A stretch of DNA of 63,723 bases, the filler included, from Choristocarpus tenellus KU-1152 (taxonomy: Eukaryota > Protista > Phaeophyceae): assembly GCA_964200185.2 (NCBI GenBank). It is 9 parts of 9 records of this genome, joined end to end, with 100 filler letters (N's around TTAATTAATTAA, not from the genome) between each part and the next. Parts side by side here need not be neighbours in the genome. Positions count along the whole stretch, not along the records: positions 56,479 to 60,392 come from CAXNAD020017182.1; positions 60,493 to 63,723 come from CAXNAD020021376.1; 7 more parts are not named here. One strand, 5' to 3'. Positions 56,479-63,723 of this stretch are shown here, piece by piece. Position numbers and translations under genes: made by a program. How positions within the stretch are numbered: position 1 is the stretch's first letter; each line of letters starts with the position of its first letter. The notes under the pieces are model-generated. The model saw only the letters and a list, made by a program, of their open reading frames with translations. It was not told where the DNA came from and did not search any database.

Positions 56479-56934
56479 GTACTTTTTAAGACCGTTTTCG
56501 CAAAAAAACCATCCTCATAGTCCCGCGCCTTCCTCAATTTTGAGATTCCTCTGTTACATGTAGAAATTTACCCAAATCATCAAGTTGCACGAGTACAGAA
56601 CATTTAAATGCTTCAATTCTTCAGTTACCCAAACATCAATGAAAACTATGACCTGGAAGGCCTTCCCCACATAGTAACGTGCAAGGAAACACATATTATT
56701 TGGTTTCTCATGAACAGAATGCACTAAACACCCGTATTCTCTCTTTGCTTTTCAAACATTTTATCCAAGTATTTCGAAATATTTTGCAGTTACCCTGACA
56801 GTATATAATTAGTATTTTTCGACACCTGTATCTCTCCCGACAGCACCACCTGTACCCATGTAAGCGCCATCACGTACGTTCTCTACAAGTATGTGCTTCC
56901 TAATGCAAAACCTTGAGTTATAACTGTTTTCGCC

Positions 56935-57192
56935 TATAGTACCTTAGAGGGGGGGAGTCAGACTATGTCGTCCATTCGGGACTTGATGGGGTGTTGTAAG
57001 ATACCCCAGTTTGATGCCCATTTTGCAGGTGATTTTCCTTCGGATTTGGTCCAGGCAGGGGGATGGAAAAGGACGGTGCGCCCAGATGAAAGAAATTGCC
57101 CTTCCATCTGACACGGTCACTTATATGACAAAAATAAATACTGCAGGGTCACAGAGGACCTGAATTGACGCCTGACCTCTCCTCTAATATAT
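56935..57192. mobile_element. Possible decayed MITE related to families D and E
   Basis: TAGTACCTTAGAGGGG start, GTCCATT subterminal motif and CCTCTAATATA end, about 255 bp apart. Confidence 0.35.
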
Positions 57193-57627
57193 AATGAACC
57201 TTTCCCTAGAGATGTGTAAATTCCACTCATTTTCAACAATTTCTCAATTTCTGTAATGGCTTCATAAATTGGCCCCTCTGGCAAGGGTTGAACCCCTCAA
57301 CGGTTGGGTGTGGACAAAGGGGAGAGGAGGGAGGATGTCACTACTCTTTGCATCTTGTATACTAGGGAACATATGTTAAGTTCAAGGTGTTATGTCGAAT
57401 TCTGACCTAGATACGAACTATGAAATATTTCTATAGAAGGACTCAAACTTCAAACAACTCGCAAGAAGAACTAACAGCTTTATGAGTCGTTGCTGGTACA
57501 TACAGACAGACACCTACATGGAAGGTGATGGGGCGGGAATTCCTATTATGATAGGGTACATACGTGAAAAAGGTACCAAGGAGCCCGTCCTGATGAAAAA
57601 AAATCGGGATTAACTAGTTTTGGAAAA

Positions 57628-57882
57628 GAGTCAAAATATCTTAGAGGGTAAAGCCGCATCCGTTTGAGGTCCAAAATCCTATGTTACGATCTTGATGTAA
57701 TTTTGGTTATCGTGTTTGTTATGAAGTGTCAATATCCTTGTTCCAGACACAACCTTTCATAACATCAACATTTTAACTACTCCAAAGCGTTTCAGTAGGA
57801 AAATGCAATAAAAAATAATGGGAAGTCAAGCCCTAAACGGACAAACAGGGCAAAATTCGTACCCTCTAAGATACTTTCGCTC
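57628..57882. mobile_element. MITE family D, TSD AAA
   Basis: TIRs GAGTCAAAATATCTTAGAGGGTA and TACCCTCTAAGATACTTTCGCTC. Confidence 0.88.
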
Positions 57883-59487
57883 AAAAATATGTACGTCTGA
57901 GCTAGTGGGCAATCCTATACGTGAGGAAGAGGGCTGGTACCAGTATCATACAGACTGACGGAAGGGCAGACGAGTACTTCCTTTTATACATTACTATGTG
58001 AAAGAGCTGGAGCTGGTAACATATATTTATTTCAAAAACCTGTATTCTCCGTAAATGCAGAGACATATCCTAGATAACGGCCAGCCAATACCTCTCACTT
58101 AATGAGCAAACATATGTGACAAAGCGTGATAGGTCATCAGCAATAAATAGGTGTACGGCATACAGCAGACAACCAAGCACTAGAGAAACCACAGACGAGA
58201 CTCTGGGCAACTCCAATGGAATTTGTCGCTTGGCCAACTTGAATCAAGTCGCTCACCGCCCCTGCTTCCAGTTTATAGCTGTTGTTGGTCCAATACCAAG
58301 ACTAATTCTACTTGACTCTGATTACTACAGGATCTGGTATAAACATCTCAATCTGGTTAAGGGTAGAAATGCGAGCCGCATCTTTGGCCCCACACTCAAC
58401 ACACCCGTCCGATTGCAGTGGTGAGCCCTCAAGTGGTGGGGACAACTACTGTCAAAGATGGTGCAGGTGGGACGAAGAATTTTGCTATTGCATAGCCATC
58501 CACGCAGGTGAAAAGTTCCCTCCGAGCTTAACAATCCGCAGGGTTTTTTTTTTGTACTCATAAAGGTGGTTTGAGATTAATCATACGTCCACTTCATGCA
58601 TGGGATTATCCATAAAATAGAGTCATGCACAAGTGTGTCCAACCATTTTGTTGCCTGGGCAAATTCACATGTACAACCTTATTTGCTTTGGACTTACCTC
58701 TCACTAGAGGCACCAACCTACACACTCAACCCTGACATGCACAGGTCATGAGCATGTGCGCCTAACCACCTTTCTTCTTAATCTTTCCTTGTTGGAGATG
58801 CCAACTCATGCGTTTAACCATGACGACCTCCAAAGGTAATGGGCGTGCATGTCCAACCTTGTTGGCCTTGCCTTGCTAGGGTCGTGAACATGAGCATTCA
58901 AAGGTCACAGGCATGCGTACCCAACCATTTTTTGGCCTTGCTTTGCTAGAGTCCCAAGCATGTGTGTTCAACCCTCAAATGCCAAGGTCGTGAACATACG
59001 AATTTAACCCTCACACACATACTCCATTCCCCCATTTCTCTAGTCCTTAATTGCATCATGTGTGGGGCATATCTTCGTTTGGAGGGCAGTTTGGCAATTG
59101 ACACTCTTGGCTTTGATAGTGCATGTTCACACTCCACACTGCGTCAGGGTCGGAAGCAGAACAGAAACGACTGCACAGTCTTTTTGAGACACGCCTCTTT
59201 ACCTTCGAGCAGACAGATCCAAATAATGTTTTTTTTGTATGGGTTAAAGATTAAAAGTCCCCCACTGAAGGGATTATTTACCAAGATGCATGCAGGAAAA
59301 TCAGTTGTATCTGCAACTAGCCCCACTTTGACCTCTCATTGCTACCTCACTTCCAAAGGTTTGACAACACGCCATGCAATAGAAGGCTTATTTGTTGGGG
59401 TTGTCAGAGGGGAAACAACCGCCCTTAATCAGGAGGACTGGCTTTGCCCTTAAGTTGATAAATTTCGAATCGATTTGTTTGTCAATA

Positions 59488-60220
59488 CTTCCTCCGTTCG
59501 GAATTAAATGTAAAATGATGTAGCCCGACGAACAAAGAAACACGATTTTTTCACATGTTCATGTTTTATGGGCGTATTGTGCAGAAACTAAACGGTTGCC
59601 CACCAAACCCTCAAGCAAAATGGGGCAGCCTAGACGTACCTATGATTCTTCCCCCAAAGCCCTCTAAACCTCCATTCCGGCACAGTATTTCACCGCATCT
59701 ATCAGGGCATTCAGGGGGGGAACTTGCCTGCCTCCTCAGCCTTATTTGTCACCCTTGGACCCCAGCACCTACCATAGACTGCTAAGAGGCTCTGCCAGAC
59801 ACTGCAGTGTCTCCCAGGGGAATACATTTAAAGTCTCCATTGTGGCCTCCATCAGCTCGTTAGACACCCACATGTCTTCCTTCAGTTGCTGGATGGAATG
59901 GAAGAATCCCAAGTTGTTGATGTTGAGATCAGGTGAGTTTGTTGACTGGGTCTCTATGACAGCGTCGTCCCCCTCCGCCTCCTCGATTGCTTCCATGACC
60001 CCCCCCTTGGTGCGTGGCTTTGTCCTGTCCTGCTGCACAAAGATGGTGTGTCCTTCCGGCCTAGGCATGCATGCCTTGATTGCCGGGATGACATCTTCGA
60101 TCGTGAGCTTCTTGCACCTCTCCCCATCCACTGTGGCTGACACGAGCACCTCAGTGCCCTTGGGGTGGTTTTTGTCGGAGTGCTGAGCGACCTTAGTTTC
60201 CACGATTGGCCAGATCCCGA
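59488..60220 (-). mobile_element. Tc1/mariner relic (plant-type DD39D, Stowaway-related): 3' transposase part and terminal inverted repeat
   Basis: VIPAIKACMP...IFVQQDRTKPR...TQSTNSPDLNINNLGFFHSIQ matches QQDNAxPH and QPPNSPDLNxLDLGFF with decayed residues. TA + CTTCCTCCGTTC at 59486-59499 resembles the Stowaway terminus CTCCCTCCGT. Confidence 0.88.
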
Positions 60221-60224
60221 TTTT

Positions 60225-60392
60225 GGCTCAAATTATCTGGGAGGGGGTGGCAACTATCCATTTGGGGTCAGTTTTTTCATGTCGCGATTTTTGGGTGATC
60301 TGCTTACATACGCCGGATGGATACTGTAAATGCACTTTTACTGATATTGGTCCAAATGGACACCCTCGTGTAGACCCCCCCCCCCCCCCCCC
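60225..60392. mobile_element. MITE family E, truncated at poly-C by contig end
   Basis: GGCTCAAATTATCTGGG...AAATGGACACCCTCGTGTAGACCCCC. Confidence 0.8.
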
Positions 60393-60492
60393 NNNNNNNN
60401 NNNNNNNNNNNNNNNNNNNNNNNNNNNNNNNNNNNNTTAATTAATTAANNNNNNNNNNNNNNNNNNNNNNNNNNNNNNNNNNNNNNNNNNNN
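60393..60492. other. Artificial assembly linker
   Basis: N44-TTAATTAATTAA-N44. Confidence 0.98.
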
Positions 60493-61589
60493 CCCCCCCC
60501 ACCCCCTATACTGAACAATGAAAAAGGTGGTCTATGATATCCTCCATCAGAGTTTTAATTTCTGCTGTGGTTTAGGCACGAGTACAGTTGGACAAGAAGA
60601 TACTATCCAGTTTATTAAGTCAAATGAACATCATTTTGGATTATGTAATTGTTACAATGTCATGTGCTTCCACTGACCTGGGACTTTCGAGACAGATTAT
60701 TTGGCAATTGTATTATACAATGTTGCTGACTGCCCCCTCTCAAAAAAATTGCAATATTTCAACCCTTCCTTACTGTGAAAAACCTTGAACTATAGTGCTT
60801 GGTGTTGTTATATATCGTTTGTACCCATCACTTGCACAGAGAAGTCATTTCACTTGTCACCACCTTCCATTACTGTCTTGGTCCTTTCCTCAATGTGGGA
60901 CACAAGGCCCTCCCCATCCCACCCTCCAGAGCCCTCAGAGCTGCCACCAGAGCTATCACATAAGATGAAGTGAACTGCATCTGACCTGTCCATTAAAAAT
61001 GATCAACCCCAACAAGCACAGCCCAAGGGGCAACAAACCGTTCTAGATGTGTCAATACTCTTCACCTCCTGGTTCAAGGTCCCTTGGTGAGATGGACAAC
61101 TGTGGCCCTGTGTGCAACTGACACTGATAGGTCCCAGTACACATGCACATTAAGCAAGCAATTGGTGTACCAATAGGGTCTCATCCCATCAACACAAGAA
61201 CCATCACATAAACCAGAGTGTACGGCTTGTGAGAACAACATCCATCACACTTCTTGGCCATAATTGATAAAACATCTTTAATCTGGATACAATGAAGACA
61301 GTAGTCGCCGCCGCCCCCATCTCATAGTCTCTACCAATTAGCCAACGCCAGTACTACACCAAGGAAACTCTCGTCGATTCCAACACTCAAGACAATGACA
61401 AAATGATTTAGGGATTGACGAAAGTTTCTTCTTCTAGAATCAAAAACATTTGAAACAATGGGTGTCAGCAGAAATTGTTGCCCAGGTTTTGGGATTCGAG
61501 GGAGACTTCTGTCCAGGTCTACAAGTTGGTAGTGCCTCAACAGGGTAAAGGGGAAAGTCTCTCGAGGTTTAGAATGGGAACAGGTAAAG

Positions 61590-63600
61590 TCCAGATATAG
61601 TGATGCAGTCCATCAGACCTGGAATAGCATTGTAAACAAATGAGGGGTGGATTTCCCCCATCCTCTCTACCCCATGCTGGGCTGCGACCCGTACAGTGGC
61701 ATACTCTGAAAAGGACAGCCCCACAAGGCCCGAGAACACCCCCAAGTACCCATCAAGGATACCTTTAGTGCCAGGCCAGACAGAGATGTGATAGGATGGC
61801 ACCCTCTCATGACCCCTGCACAACTCTCATCAGAAATCCCCCCCCTGCTCCCTAGACAATTCTTGTCGTTCCCTGCTGGAGCCATTGAAAGTCGAACCCA
61901 ATCTTTAGTGGCAAATGCAATAGCCCGTGGGGCATGGGCAAGAGCTTGTTGTGTTGGTGGAAGGCATGATGCAGGGCATGGTCACGCGTGGTGGGCAGAA
62001 GCGTGGAGCCAACCAGGAGCACAAATCGGGCATTTGCAGCTGAACCTGCATCCCCCTGCCTGGCAGCCATTAGGAGAGGCTTGAGCCTCTTCTCTGCAGT
62101 GGCAGATGCCAGTGGGCTATACTGCATCCTCTTGCGTCATGCAAGTCCTTGGGTGACTGATTCATACCAGGAACGTTAGTATGAGGAACGGGCACATGAT
62201 ACCCTGATAGCCAACCCCACCACCAGCTTGGTCACCTTGACATCTGTTGAAGCCAAGCTCACTGCTCGTCCAGTTGGGACATTGTTATCCATGCCCCCAT
62301 TCACACCATCTGCAGCGTAGACCTCCAGGGCATGGCGTACAAAGGTTACCATCTCTGCACGGACGCCAGCAATCACGTCGTGCAGTCTGGTATCCTCCTT
62401 GCCTCGCTCCCACCTTCCTTCCACTTTACCAGATGATGCTTTCAACCTTGTTAGAAGGCAATTGCCAACTGCAAAAAGGGCATCCCAAAGCTCCCCCCCT
62501 GCCCCACCAATAGACGCTGCAACACTGTCACCCGGGACTCCCAAATCAGCTAGTAGGCACAGAAACACCCAACTTTATATTCTCATGCAATAGGCTGACA
62601 CTCTTTCCTTCCCAAGCACCACCACCTGCCCCACCAAGCGAAAATTCTTCCTCCATGACAGCAACAGATGGCGTGCCTAAGGTGTCGGGGCAGAAGATGT
62701 CCCTTTGAAAAAATCCTCATAGGTTTGTCCAGGAAGTTCTCCATGAGCTCAGCTGCCAGTTGAAGCTCTGCACATCCAGGCTCAACCCACCCAACACCAT
62801 GCTCCTCCCGGGGAACGGGTTCACACAATCGGCACCACTCAACAGTCTCATGGGCTCCAGCCCACTGGTGGGGGGGCAGGGACCGAGCCTCAGCAAGTCA
62901 TATCTCAGTCAGTCCCGGAAGCGACTTCCGGAGGCCTTTTCGTGCAACCTTGCGAACCCCTTTGTCCTATTGGGCCAATCCTACTGAGATCAAGTGCTGA
63001 AGGGCTGGACCATGGGGTACCAATGCACTACAGCACCCCCTACAAAGCCCTGACAGTAAGCGTAGCCGCCACCTCCACAAAGATTGAGCCAGTTCACAAA
63101 ATCGTTCACTGGAGGTATTTCTTGTTGCTGCTGAAGCAGGGGGGGCGAGGTCACGGCACAGAACCAGTAAGAATGAGTTAGTGGGCTTGTGATTGCATGC
63201 GCCTCCACAAGGCTGACACAGTCCTTCTCAGCATCAGGCAGGGGACCTTCCTGAGACAAATCGAAGCACTCGAGCTGACGCATGTTGAAAGGCAATTGAG
63301 TTCATCTGTGCAAACATTCGCCTTGCCAAGTTGATGACTGTTGCCATTACACGCCTGGACCCTCCTCTGCCACCACCATGACCTCTCTTCATCCCAAGTC
63401 CTGCCATCGCTCCTGCGGTACCCATAGTGTTCTGCCCGAGGTCTCCACCGTTTACTTTGGAAGGCTGGCTCTTGTGACGGAAGAGCTCAAAGACTCGATC
63501 AAGCAGGGCAAGGGCCCAGTCCAGCATCACTCTGTTCAAGCCCTCAAAAGCAGAGAACAGGTGCTCTGCCCCTTGTGCATCATCATCATGACTAAAGGTC
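61590..63600 (-). pseudogene. PSME4: Proteasome activator PA200/Blm10 (PSME4)-like gene segment with disabling mutations
   Basis: Colinear PA200-like blocks DWALALLDRVFELF; WRLRLLSGLCR...LTEI*LAEARSLPP; WVEPGCAELQLAAELMENFL; LVGLSFSEYATVRVAAQ...NAIPGLMDCI. In-frame stops at 62967-62969, 62898-62900 and 62176-62178; frameshift near 63255. Confidence 0.72.
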
Positions 63601-63723
63601 TCAGAGTCTAGCCACCCTAGAGGTGGTGGCCATCACGAGGTAAGGTCTTGCTGTGACTGTTTAGGGGGGAGGGGGGGGGCGGGGGCGAGAGCTGTACAAG
63701 TTACCTTGGGAGGTAATCTTATT

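Noticed and set aside
58620-59010. Degenerate CATG...CCAACC sub-repeats
   Set aside because: Too irregular to define a unit; probably an old satellite or TE subterminal region.

Overview
Eukaryotic, intron-rich draft genome sequence, not a prokaryotic locus. Nine contig segments are joined by eight artificial 100-bp linkers (N44-TTAATTAATTAA-N44). TTAGGG repeats, GT/GC-AG introns, a Zn(II)2Cys6 transcription factor, copia elements and a DD39D-type mariner suggest a stramenopile, probably a brown alga (inference). Recognisable genes: a 4-exon RS-domain DEAH-box RNA helicase with a GC-AG intron, head-to-head with a PH-like/coiled-coil gene; UXT head-to-head with an ankyrin-repeat gene; part of a Zn2Cys6 transcription factor; a disabled PSME4/PA200 copy; and several unknown multi-exon genes. 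Repeats: a nested Ty1/copia cluster (1-6 kb), three LTR families, two related MITE families, a mariner relic and micro/minisatellites. Most unusual: an AT-rich bacterial IS256-type transposase fragment inside a host contig; an LTR whose primer-binding site extends to about 44 nt of tRNA-Ser including CCA; a decayed 18S rRNA fragment inside a 359-bp divergent intergenic region; and an inverted pair of copia RT/RNase H copies sharing the same inactivating mutations. I found no convincing novel multi-gene system. All homology calls are by eye and need database confirmation.
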